A stretch of 64,000 nt of DNA from contig NW_004797311.1 of the NCBI RefSeq assembly GCF_000002075.1, forward strand, positions 1,760,820-1,824,819. Direction: 5' to 3'. The notes beneath the pieces are model-generated. The model ran no database searches. It saw only the letters and a program-made list of their open reading frames with translations, and had not been told where the DNA came from. Positions 13,626 to 26,000 of the stretch are shown piece by piece. How positions within the stretch are numbered: the stretch's first letter is position 1; every line of letters starts with the position of its first letter. The stretch is from Aplysia californica (Eukaryota). Both the position numbers and the translations under genes were made by a program.

Positions 13626-14287
13626 AGCATTGACTGTTGCATACAACAAGTGAATTGTGTATGTTAAGTTCCAGTTGCCGTCTCTATAGGCCCACACTGT
13701 GTAAACAACAACAATCTTGTTTTTAACAAATCAAAATTTTACACCAGTCCATAGGTGGTCCTTCCATAAAACAATAGATTGTTCCTTACGAAGAAATAAA
13801 ATGCATCATGTAGGCCTTATGTTGTACCCATTTCAGTGCCACATACTCAGGGGAGACCCTCACGTCAAAAACAAAAGGTTATAGAGGGCAGGAAGACAAC
13901 AGATGTAGGTCACAGAATAAAACGGTGACCGTTTGATCTTTCTAGACCTCTAAATATAGGTCACTAATGTTCAACATGTGTATCCCTAATATGAAATGCT
14001 CTGGAAAACATGTCATGTGTATGCTAATGAAGGCATAAGGAGAGTAATAATAAGGACAATATAAGCAGTTATTATTTACCAAGCCTTTCCAGCTGGCAGA
14101 GATTTAGCTCAAGGTTGTGACCTTACACACATGATTAATGCGGTTGCCAGACCAGTGGTTACTAATCGCAATATTGGGCGAGTCATGCTGCTTCACATCT
14201 TTCTACTGGTCCGACCATCTATCCAAATATTCTACAAGTACATAACTAGGCAAGCTTAAAGTGGAATTAGAAAAAGTGCAATTAAAG

Positions 14288-14455
14288 CTAGTTTAGTTTA
14301 TTAAGTTTTACAGCACTTGCAACACATATAGATCATACAAATGCTGAAGATTAGAGGTGTTGCTAGAGAGTAACATACAAAGAGAAAGAAGAGATGATTG
14401 ATAAGGATGCAATGATAAGGAGTAAATCACACCAGAGCACCTGTCAACCACCCAC
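14288..14455 (-). mobile_element. Family A short retroposon copy
   Basis: Same head and tail blocks. Confidence 0.75.
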
Positions 14456-16226
14456 AACTGATGTCAGGTAAGAGACAGTTTTGCTTTAAGAGCGTATAGA
14501 CTATTGTCATACATAATGTACCAGCGGCCAGCCACCTGCGATTTAGAAAGTCCTCTCACTCTCAATTATTTATTCAGACCAGCGTGACTCAGTTGTAGAA
14601 ACAAACGTAGCACGACTGGCCTGATTACATTACTAAAACTAAGAGGTGTGGGCAAGTATGTTCATCTTCAAATTTTCCACAAAAGCACTTTTTCTAAACC
14701 AGTGCGATAAGCTTACGGGGGCTTACCCCCCCAACCTTTTCATATGAAAAGAGCCACGATACACATATTACCACTGTATGTCAGGACGAACAAGCCTTAA
14801 CTAAATACAAATGAATCACACACGAGGAAAATATGGCAATTGCAAACATCATCTATTAGATTCAAGTAAGTAACATGCAATGGTCGAGCGTATATACAAG
14901 AACAGTTTAATGACTCAAGTTTTTGATCATCAAGGCACATAGTGAGCACTGTCGCTCAAATCAGCAGGTATTTTCTTGCATCCCCAGCTTTGTTTTGTAT
15001 TTGAATAAAGAGAAGAACATCGACACAAAAATAGTCATTTAGAGCAGGGAAAAAGTAAGACAGACAGACAGAAACAACATAGGGGAAGTTAAGAAGTCTG
15101 ACTTACCAGTGGCGCTCTCCAACCAACCCCAAGGACTGACAAATCAAACCGGTGGTAGAATTGATACATGCTTTTGTAACGTAGTTTTCACAAAGCACAT
15201 ATGACAAAAGATATTTTCTTTGAACTAGCAAAAAAATGATGACAAAGTAAAGAGGCAGGACCCACTGTGACAAGCTCCCCAAAACCTTTAATAATTGATG
15301 TTTTCACCATGCACATTACTTTGCCTGTCTTAACTCCTTGATCTCTGGCAAGCCGCTCTTAAATTGGCAATTGCCGAAAACAGGTCTCTTTTGCAGAAAA
15401 CAGGTCTTTTTTGCCGGTTTAACTATCAAATAAAAGAGGGTCCTGGTATTGTGGGTTTACCTCCATCGGAGACAACGAGTTAAACCATACAGACTTTGGC
15501 ACAGAACAAGCTGATAATCAAGATTATTTCACTCCACACATCCATGACACATTCCTTTCATTTATGTTACCCCCAACAAAATTACACAGACGCTATGATA
15601 TAATGTAATGCAAGGAAGAATTTTAAAAGGAGACATAATGACAGTGACAGAGAAATCAAGAAGAATTAACATATATGTATGACCTGCCAGTGGATTGTCC
15701 ACTTGTTAGGACATTCTTACAAAATAATATATGTGAAATAAAACACAATGTCTTGTCAATATCTTGCACTGGCAGTAAAAAAACCCAACCCAAACACTCT
15801 TTCATCCTTTACATTTACAAAAAAAAGGTCTCCACACACAAGATGTACAATGTCAAAGTGGCAATTGATTTCATAAATTTGTGAAAAATATTTTTAATTT
15901 TGACAATAATTGTTTGTGATTCAAAACAAACCAATTATTTTTTTGGGGGGGAAACCGTTGATGTAACATTTGAAACTTTTTAGGACATAGTGGTTTTCTC
16001 ATTACAAGTTGAATAAGAGTGAAACATAAAATAATCTTATAAGTCTTCTCAATTTTCCTAACTCCCCCCAATTGATGTCCCCAGTCAAAAGGCACATACT
16101 TAAAATACTATGTCTTTAACAACAATGCTTCACCTAAACAGTTTGCTATTAAATGAATGTGTTCGTAACTATTCATTCTATGAGCATCAGCCATTTAGCA
16201 CAAATAGCTATACGTACATCAAACCA

Positions 16227-18376
16227 CAAGTCGCCGCTGGAAATCGTCTAAAGTATGAAGTTAGCCTTCTGAAAGACCCAGTAAAGAAGAATGAGTTCAA
16301 GTTGGAACTGAAGAACAGATTTCAAGCCCTTCAAGATCTGGAAGAATGTGAAGTCAACGAACACTGGGATAAGTTAAGAGAGGCAGTAAATGCAACTTGC
16401 CAGAGCACCCTAGGACCCAAAGACAACACCAGGAACGAATGGATTTCACAGGATTCTCTAGACAAAGTCAAAAGAAGAAGAGAGCTGAAGGCCCAAGTCA
16501 ACAACAACCGCACCCGAACTGAGAAACTCGCTGCACAACAAGAGTACACCGAAGTAAACCGGGAGGTAAAGAATTCCATCAAGAAGGACAAGAATACCTA
16601 CCTGAATGGCTTGGCTGAAAAGGCAGAGAAAGCAGCAACAGACGGGCACTTCAGGATTGTACACCAGACTACAAGAACTCTTTCAGGTAGGTTCAGCAAG
16701 CCCACTCTACCAGTGAAAGACAAAGAAGGAAAGACTATCTTCAACCCAGAGGGGCAACTTAACCGATGGAGAGAACACTTTGATCAACTACTGAACAGAC
16801 CACCTCCAGAAAACCAACCAGAAATTCTTCCAGCCAGAAATGACCTCCCAATAGACACGGAACCACCTTCAAGAGAGGAAATTGCAGCCGCTATAAAAAC
16901 ACTGAAGTCCCACAAGGCAGCTGGTCCCGACCATATACCACCGGAAGCCCTTAAAGCAGAGAAAGATACGTTTGTGGAATTTCTATATGCTCTATTTGAA
17001 AAAGTTTGGCAAAAGGAGGAAATACCATCAGACTGGAAGGAAGGCCACCTAATCAAGCTGCTAAAGAAAGGAGACCTCAGCAACTGTAACAACTACAGAG
17101 GCATTACACTCCTTTCCATACCTGGGAAAGTCTTCAACAGAATCAAGCTGGCAACGGATGAGAAGCTTCGAGGAAACCAGGCAGGATTCCGCAAAAACCG
17201 ATCATGTGTGGACCAGATCGCTACTCTATGTATCATTGTTGAGCAATCGCTTGAATGGAATTCACCACTCGTGGTCAACTTCATTGACTATGAAAAGGCG
17301 TTTGACAGCGTGGACAGGGAAACTCTGTGGAAACTCATGCGGCATTTTGGAATACCTGAGAAAATCGTCAAGCTTGTGAAGGCCACCTATGATGGAATAA
17401 GCTGCCAAGTCTTCCACGAAGGACAACTCTCAGAACCATTCCGGGTACAGACAGGAGTGCGACAAGGATGCTTGCTCTCACCTTTTCTCTTCATACTGGC
17501 AATTGACTGGATCATGAAAGAAGCCACCAGAGGCAAACGTAATGGAATACAATGGATCCCTTGGCAGCAGCTGGACGACTTGGACTTCGCCGATGACCTT
17601 GCACTGCTCTCTCACACACATGCTCAGATGCAAGAAAAGACCAAGGAACTCAACAGCCTATCAAGGAGTGTTGGCCTACGTATACATCCAGGCAAGTCAA
17701 AAGTAGTGAAGCTAGGAAAAGTTTCAAACCTTGCTGTGACAGTGGAAGACACTCCCCTTGAAGAAGTGGACTCCTTTACCTACCTTGGAAGTGTCATCAA
17801 TGGTAAAGGTGGAACCGAGGCAGATGTTAAAGCAAGAACCGCCAAGGCAAGGTCAGCCTTCAAGCAATTATCAAAAGTCTGGAAAGCAAGCAACATCTCA
17901 CTGTGCACCAAGATTCGACTTTTTAACTCCAACGTCAAGTCTGTGCTCCTCTACGGCTGCGAAACTTGGAAGACAACGAAGACAGTACTGAATAAGGTCC
18001 AGACTTTCATCAACAGATGTATGAGGAGTATTTTAAGAATTAAGTGGCAGGATAGAATAAGAAATGAAGAGCTGTGGGAAATGACAGGACAAAAGGATAT
18101 AGAAGTAGAAATAGGACTAAGAAAGTGGCGATGGATGGGGCACACCTTAAGAAAGCCCAGCGGAAACATCACAAGACAGTCACTGCAGTGGAACCCCCAG
18201 GGAGCACCAGGCAGGGGTAGGCCACGGGAAACATGGAGGAGATGCGTGGAAAGGGACATGAGAGAAATGAAGCTCACTTGGAACGAGCTTGGAAGGATGG
18301 CTCAGGACAGAGATAAATGGAAGAAGCCTGTATGTGGCCTATACCCTGCCAGGGGTGAAAGGCATTGATGATGATG
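16227..18376 (+). mobile_element. 5'-truncated RTE-clade non-LTR retrotransposon, reverse transcriptase ORF still open
   Basis: ORF 16110-18368 with RT motifs NYRGITLLS, QAGFR, FIDYEKAFDSV, GVRQGCLLSP, DFADD, YLGS and the RTE C-terminal RWMGHTLR and GRPRETW. It has a (TGA)n tail and an 11-bp TSD ACATCAAACCA at 16216-16226 and 18377-18387. The endonuclease domain is missing. Confidence 0.95.
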
Positions 18377-20034
18377 ACATCAAACCAGAGTCGTGACTAA
18401 GCAAGAAAGGACATCAATTGTCATTTCAAATACTTGCAACACGTGTCCAACACAGTCACAACATTTGACAATCCCTTGTCAATTAAACGTAATAGTAATG
18501 TACACATAATTATTTATGGAAACAAAGATGCTTTTACAGAAAAAAATTGCTGCACTTTTTACAGCAATAAATAGATCAACCTCATGTTTGAAACTTTATG
18601 ATTTAAAAAGAAAAAAAAGCATTCAACATGATATAGTATATATGAAAAAAGTTTACATATTATGGTTAGGCTGTATTTCAATATTATGGCCACACCTTTA
18701 TTTTGCCTTTTCCAGGGGCTCTTTGACATATATGGGCCAAGAAAATACAGAAAAGCAAAAAATGTTGAACATGAACAAGAGACTCAAGTACAGGCAAGGC
18801 ACCTGATCCTCTATTACCTGTTGAACTCAAAACTCCATACACTGATATCACAGACACTCATTTTCAATACCAGACAGGCTTAAGGTGGGAGATCTTTATA
18901 TAAACGACACTCTTTATAATTAATTCCACAATTACTTCAGTATAACAAAGTTCTGTGAACCCATAGTGCACCCTCTTAACCAGTGTACTAGTGCTGTGTG
19001 AAAGCTTCAGGATCTAGAGACTTGGGTCCTATATATTTTTATCTTCTTTATCAGTACAGAAAGGGGTGGTGCAAAGGGTCAACGCTGACCAGAAATTCAA
19101 TAAATAGATTTTGACTACAAGCTCTCATCTGGCGGTGGGTAAAACTGACAACTAACTCACAAAGTTCTTTGCTGCACCTCTCAAAATGAGAAATACAGAC
19201 CCTTCATTTTGAAACCCCAAAAAGATAGAGAGTTACAAATAAAGTACTGTCGAATCTAATGTAACGGCCACTTGTCTTAAGAAGACAATCATCTGTACAA
19301 ACTGCAACTACCCCTCTTGAGTTTTTTCTACATTATAGTGATACTGTCAAAGGCATTCACCTGTCTAAGACAACAAACACTTTCTCCCTGACATTGGGTG
19401 ACCATTTTGGACAATAACTGGTCTACCTATATATCTTTCTTTCCCATCATTTGAAAATGAAAAAAACCCAACAAAACAAAATAAACAAATCAAGCAGATC
19501 ATATCGTGTGAGATTCTTGTGCAGTGGCGAATACAAAGTCTCAAGAACCGATCTTCTGATCTCAGATGATTTGACTTCAAACAAAAAACTGCTAGTTACC
19601 TTAACAGGAAAAAAAAATTATCACATATAACTATTTTGAGTTGAATAAATATTTACAAGTAGAGCTATTTATTTACTTGTAGTAAGCAAAAAGCTATAAA
19701 CCCCACAACCTGAAAGGCAAGTTTATTTGACTATGAATTCTTTTTATTGAAAGGATTTTTTGCGAAATATTTTGAACAACTTATTCTTAACAGTGAAACT
19801 CGAGCATGTATGATTTCTATTGCCATAACGCAATTTAAAAAACCATCATTTAAACTTTTAATATTAACATCTATCCAGGGGCTGGCGACATCTAATCTAT
19901 CAGCCATATGGCTGAGTATCCACAGCTCTCCTTTTGTAGTTGCTCCCAGACAAAGATACACATCAAGGCGCTGTCAAGTCAGGTGGCAGGAGTATGCATA
20001 GCTTGCGTGTTGTGTAAATCAACAGAATATTTCT

Positions 20035-20055
20035 TCAGCTTCTTTCAGTTCCAGC
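20035..20055 (-). CDS. TUBG1: Putative TUBG1 terminal exon (AGTERS-stop)
   Basis: Acceptor tgtcttgtctgcAG at 20057-20056 with an upstream CTTAAT branch-like motif; in phase with the exon 12 donor. Confidence 0.55.
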   Translation of the reverse strand, partial: AGTERS

Positions 20056-23000
20056 CTGCAGACAAGACATAATTAAGTCCAACTTGTTTGTAGCAAAGTT
20101 CCTATCATATTACAAACAGGTGATACATTTACCTTACCAAGAACAAAGTCTATGAAATTGTTGAAAAGTAAAATTACTATCAAAATCATTGTTCAGTTAA
20201 AGACAGGTTCGTTTCAAGGGTGCTGGATGCTTGTGCATGGAAGTAAGATATTACATGGTACATCTAAGTTAGAGAGATACAGAGAAAAAAAAGGGGGTAG
20301 CTTTAAGAAACAAAGAAGATAAAAAAAAAGAGGGGACATGTAATACATCATTTATATAGCCGTTGACTTTCAGCCCTCATACCTCTGCAGAGACTTAGAG
20401 ACATCCCCCCCCCCCTCCCCCCGGCAAACAAAACATAAATTTATGATATAAGCAAAACAGAGTCATGAATGTTTACCGACCTGTTGTGTACCCCAAGTGA
20501 GATAATCTGGCCGAGTGGCAGCGTTGTACTCATCCACCAGTTGTTGAAGAGATTCCCGAGAGGCATCAAATTCATCCAGATTATCTTTGAACATGGCTTC
20601 CTTCTTGAACTGGTCCATGAAAGCCTCTCTTTTCCGCAGTTTGTCATACTGCGTCAGTATTCTTTCAAATAGCTGATGATAAAGTAGGATGAAAGAGGAA
20701 TTATAATTCTCGTGTCCAAGGTTAATCAAAAGCACAAAAAAAGACAAAATCTAGAGTTCATGTTAACAATCAATTTTTATTGTCTTTGTCTTTGAAGCAA
20801 CACTGTTCAGCTTCCACTTTCCATACATTACATACTTTAATCCACCTACCTAGACCAAACTGAGGTGAGTCAAAAATGTATCTTATAATATTATCAAATA
20901 AAGTAATCTTCAAGCAATAACTGCTGTTACCATCTATTGGCCACTTTATTATAAACAAGAATAAGCTTACTGTGACTTGTTCCACAAGAACAGAATTGCA
21001 TTTTCCAGCACACAAAAACTTCACAGAAAATTGGGAGAAACTTACATGGGAAATATTTGTGTGATTAGCCAGCATGAGCCCGCTCACTCTGTGCGCTGTC
21101 TGTACGTAGGGAGACTTGCGGGACAATGCCACTTGGATACTGGCAGGACCCCACGGAATGAACTGGGCCAATTTCCGCTCTCTGATTCTTTGTAAACTTT
21201 TGTGGACCTAAAATACATCACATATGAACAAGTAATTTTTTTTGCAAAGACAAAATAGAAAAAAAAAGCCATTTTTTAGTTGGGCATAAATTTTATTACT
21301 TTCTGTTTTGTGGCGTCGGTGGCCTAGTGATGAGGCTACCGGACTCGTAATAGTGAGGTTGCAGGTTCGGGGGTTCGAGCCGCGGGTCCGACGTTGTGTC
21401 CTTGGGAAAGACACTTAACACGAAATATAATCACTTCACCCAGGTGGGAATGGGTACCCGGCCATAGAAAGTGAAAGATCTTGTCAGTAGGTTAGTGTTT
21501 AGCGCCTATAAATGGCTGCTTGCACTGTATTCTTCGAAGGAAGTTGAGGTTGTTTCAGAATGCTCTCAGGTCTGCTGGGGTAATAGCATAGATTGTGAAG
21601 CGCATAGAGCTTGCTGTTGAGCGGGGATTTGCGATATACAAATGCTATCTATTATTATTAACAGGGAAGAGGACGAGATGACAGGATGTTAAACAACAAA
21701 GACAAAACTTCAACTGCCAACGCCTCTCATATGAGGAGAGCTAGAGTCTTTTATTGCTTCATAATAAGCCCATGCAGGAAACTCCAGCTCTACCGTCAAG
21801 CGATGCTCAAGAGTAAAAGTCAGGGCTCATGGTCTCATATACAGGAAGGAAGTTCACATACAGTCGGAATTGTCAAAGATGGTCACCATAGTCGAGGGGA
21901 AAAGTGGTTGTTTAAGACAGGTGAACTTTATACACAGTCATTATAATGCTAAAACTATCCAAGAGAGGAAATGGGAAGAGATTGTTTGTACAGGTGACCA
22001 TTAGAGCAGTTTGAGTAAGGACCACCATGTAAGCATGACAGCTCAGCTGCAATGAACAAGTACAGTTACTGTGTCGAGAAGAGATATCAATTACAGTCGA
22101 ACCTGCCTTAATGGAAACCTGTATAAAATGGAAACCTGTCTTAACGGAATCTCCCCGCTCCCCCCTTGATATATTCCTCTTTAATTACCTGCATAAAACG
22201 GAAACCTGTCCAACGCGGAAACGGAAAGAAAAATCCGCTCCCTTCCGATGGTTTTACCTGTCTAAAACGGAAAATGTTTTGCCCGCTCAGCCCTGATTTG
22301 AAACAAAACTCGCAAGTTTGGTTCCGCCGGCTCTAAACTTATCACCATGGCCATGTCGCTGGGCAAGGAAGGGGAGTAGGGGTGCAATTTGGGGGTAGAT
22401 GTTACCCCAACATGTGAGCCCTGAGCAATGCTGATGGTCAGGGTAGTGTGGGTGTGAAATCTCACGACTGTCCGTGAGAGTGCTTGAGAAGCGAACCAGT
22501 ACGGAAACTTTCCTTGGTAGCCAGAAGCCAGAGGTGTGAAATTAGATTGACAAATGCCTGCCGCCCTGATCGTATGGCCAGCTGAGAAAATAGCTCCTCG
22601 AATCATTGGTACCATGATGGCAGTGAGGGGTGGCATTGGTTGACTGTGCTTGTTACACCGGTGGGTGGGGCTAAGGGTGGAAGCAAAGAAGAAATTCAAA
22701 CGTTTCTGTTTTTAATAGGTCAAACAGTGGTCCTATGAAAGGCAAGCAGTGGTTGTAAGACTGAAGCATGTCATTATCTGACAGGATAGCAGTTGAGAGG
22801 TGTGAAGTTTAGACCATTGCTTACCGATCGGACAAGCGATCCTTGATCTCACCAGCTGGGCCTTTGAACCATTCTCCCTCTAAATTCCCCCCTGTCTAAG
22901 ACGGAATTTTTTCTGGCTCCCTTGCGATTCCGTCTTACACAGGTTCGACTGTATTTCCTTATGCTGCCTTAATTGACAAAACAAATCTTCTACAAATTTA

Positions 23001-26000
23001 TTTGATAAAATATGGCAAGTCACCATGCAGATAGACACTTAGCACCTGATTAAATGGCCAGTTATGTACCTGAGAAAGTAGACAAACTTTATTAAACTTC
23101 CTAGTAATCACACTGTATTCAGACAGGAGATACAGTGAGTCAGCGATTGAGTGAGCTAGCTGTGATAGTCTTCATGAACAGCATAAGAGAATTGCATTTT
23201 TAAAAACAGTGAGACTACTTTATGACCGGAGCACCTCCATAAATTTTTAAAAAATTCATAAATTTTCACAATTGGTCACTTTTAAGGACAAGCGGGCTAA
23301 CCCAGATTTCAGGGTTTCCAAAAATCTTGATCTTCACCAAAAGTGGGCACTGCCCTACCTATAGGAGAAATTTGGTTTCACTTGTGTGTATATCTGTTTG
23401 GTTAAAGAGAACAATTTTGTTTTTTAAAGAAACTGAACAAGGGGAAAAACTTTACCTTCGATTTTTTCAAAACAGCATTTTTCGGGACAGCCCCCTTGTG
23501 CTTAAAAGCGACCAATTGTTATATTACATTGTAGCAATGTGCCCGTACATCTTATTAAAAATATCCCAAATGAATGTGAATAATGAAAAGGTAAAAGTAT
23601 GCATGTGGGCTACCTGTGTAGGATCCACTTCCCCTTGAATGATGTTCAAAATGGAGATGTAGCAATGATTGTTGTTCTGTCGCTGAACAGGGGTTGACAC
23701 CATCATGTTTTTGGGTTGCAACAATCTCCTCATCACATCCAGCACAGTTGTTTTTCGAACGTTTGCGACCTGGAACACGAAGAAAATATACAGTCAAACT
23801 GTCCACTGTCAAGGAGAACAGCAATTGTCTCGGGAAGGTGATCGTCTTGAACAGTTCACGAGTGTGTGTGTGTGCGTGGCTGTTCGTACAAGTGGTTGTC
23901 TTAAACAGTAGAGAAGGTTCTGTTATGGAGTGTAATGCAAAAGTAATAACGGACAACAGGGAAAAGGGCCTGGCAGAAAGGGGGCAGGATAATTGTTGGG
24001 ACTGACAGACTTGCAGATCAAGGAGAACTTTCTGTGTGGGAATTGACCCTTTAAATCCAGATCCTCACTTAAGTGGCCTTTTTGATTCTGCGTTGCAATG
24101 GATTGCCACTTCAGTGGCATTTAGGGGGTACCGATTTCGTCAACTCCAAGATCTACACCTGGTCCTATGCTACATTCACTATATACAGTCGAACCTGTGT
24201 AAAACGGCCACCCATTGTCATGAAAAAAAGTGGCTGAATAGCACAGGTGGCCGTCTTAGGCAGGACTGATCAAAATGAAGAAGGTAAATATCTTCTGATG
24301 TCTTTTTTTCATTGAAAAAGTATAATGCATTTTTTTCCGTTCAGTTAAACGTGTGGATATTGTTGACATCATTATGAATTTCAATGAGCAATCTTTTTAA
24401 ACTCTTAGAGTCACCTTTACCATCTCAAAGATTGAATGACTATTTGGAGTTTTCCCCTCCCAACAGAAGCCCAGGTTCTGCAAACCCAGAGTGTTAAAAA
24501 TATCTGGTAGGAGCCTAACAACCAGAGGGTCTGAATGTCAGTCACAGAAAAAGTAATTAAAAGCAGAACAATGACAAGATATGGATGAATATGAGCTCAA
24601 TACATGAACTCAAGTTCAAAGGCCAATGCACAGCAGCAACAGACCATGAGATTGAAAAATTCAGTATTGAACATATCCCGACCTCAGTGCTTTCTTGTTT
24701 TATCTCTATCTTTTTAAACATTGAAAATGTGACTTCTTAAGCTCACTCTTTGATATGAACTCAGAACTGTTTTCACTGTTATTAAAAATGGAGATAGGAC
24801 AAGAAAGCACCGAGGTCGCGATATGCTGAAAGAGTATGCTTTCATTTGATATGGGTGGGAATAGAATGTGTATGCTACTATAAAACTTGTTCTTCCAAGC
24901 AGTTGAGACAAGAGACCTTGGAAAAAAAACAACCAACAACAACAAACCATTCACACCAATGAAGGTCAACAGGTTAGGTTCAGCTAGACATGTTGGACCA
25001 TGTTATGCTTTTGATTTTCAAAATGTTCACCAGTATCTGACAGTGGAGGAAGGAGAGTGAACTCAGCATGTTATGACAGGAAAGGGGCAGTGGAAGGGAA
25101 GAGGTTCTATACGTTAACCCTATGCTACATTGTTTCCCTCACCCCACCAGAATAAAAAAAAGAAGCAAAACAGAAAAGCTACAAGGTGTACAGGAAAGGC
25201 TTGGGAAAAATCAGGTACTGCCTCTTATCCTAACATTATTCTTGACTCATTTCTCTCGGCAAACCCACCTTGTAATCTGTTGTGAGGGGTGTGTAGCCAG
25301 TCATCAGGAAGTGAAGACGAGGAGTTGGAATTAAAGAGGCAATTAAACCAATAAGATCATTGTTCATATATCCAGGGTAGCGGAGAGTGGTAGTAGAAGT
25401 AGCCATCACAGTTGACACCTGAAAGAAAGGAAGGTTACTTTGTATAATTAAAACATCAAAGTTACATTGTTCTTTTTAGTAGAGGTTTTACGGAAAAAAA
25501 AAAAAAGAACAATGTAACTTTGACGTTTTAATTATACAATCATTTATCACCCTGAGGACAAAATGAAAAAACAAACAAACAAAAACAAACATGAAATACA
25601 AATATACAGCGCTTCATAAAATGAGTGCTCACAATTGCATATGGTGTATGCTTCGGAACCCATTGCTGTTGGCTTAAAATATATTACGTCATATAATGAG
25701 TTACACAAATTATGGACACCATAATTTGTAAAACGAATGACATGACCTGTCTCTACATTTTCACCAACCACAAAAACTTTTATTCCACCCTTTATGGCTT
25801 TCACAGCTATAACATTTTGCATGTTCAAGTGTCCCTCTCATAATAAATTCAATCAGTGTAATCAATAAAAAAAAGTACAACACCATCTTGAAGGCACTTA
25901 GAATTATGTTAAGAAGAGCAGAGCACACAACCCTCCCTTCCCCCCTCATATTGTATTGTGACTCTGAAATATATCTTGTCCACTAACACAAAGATATACC

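Noticed and set aside
16110-16226. In-frame ATG giving a 752-aa ORF, suggesting a domesticated or fused RT gene
   Set aside because: The first 39 codons are flanking DNA upstream of and including the TSD, and are most likely open by chance; no evidence of expression.
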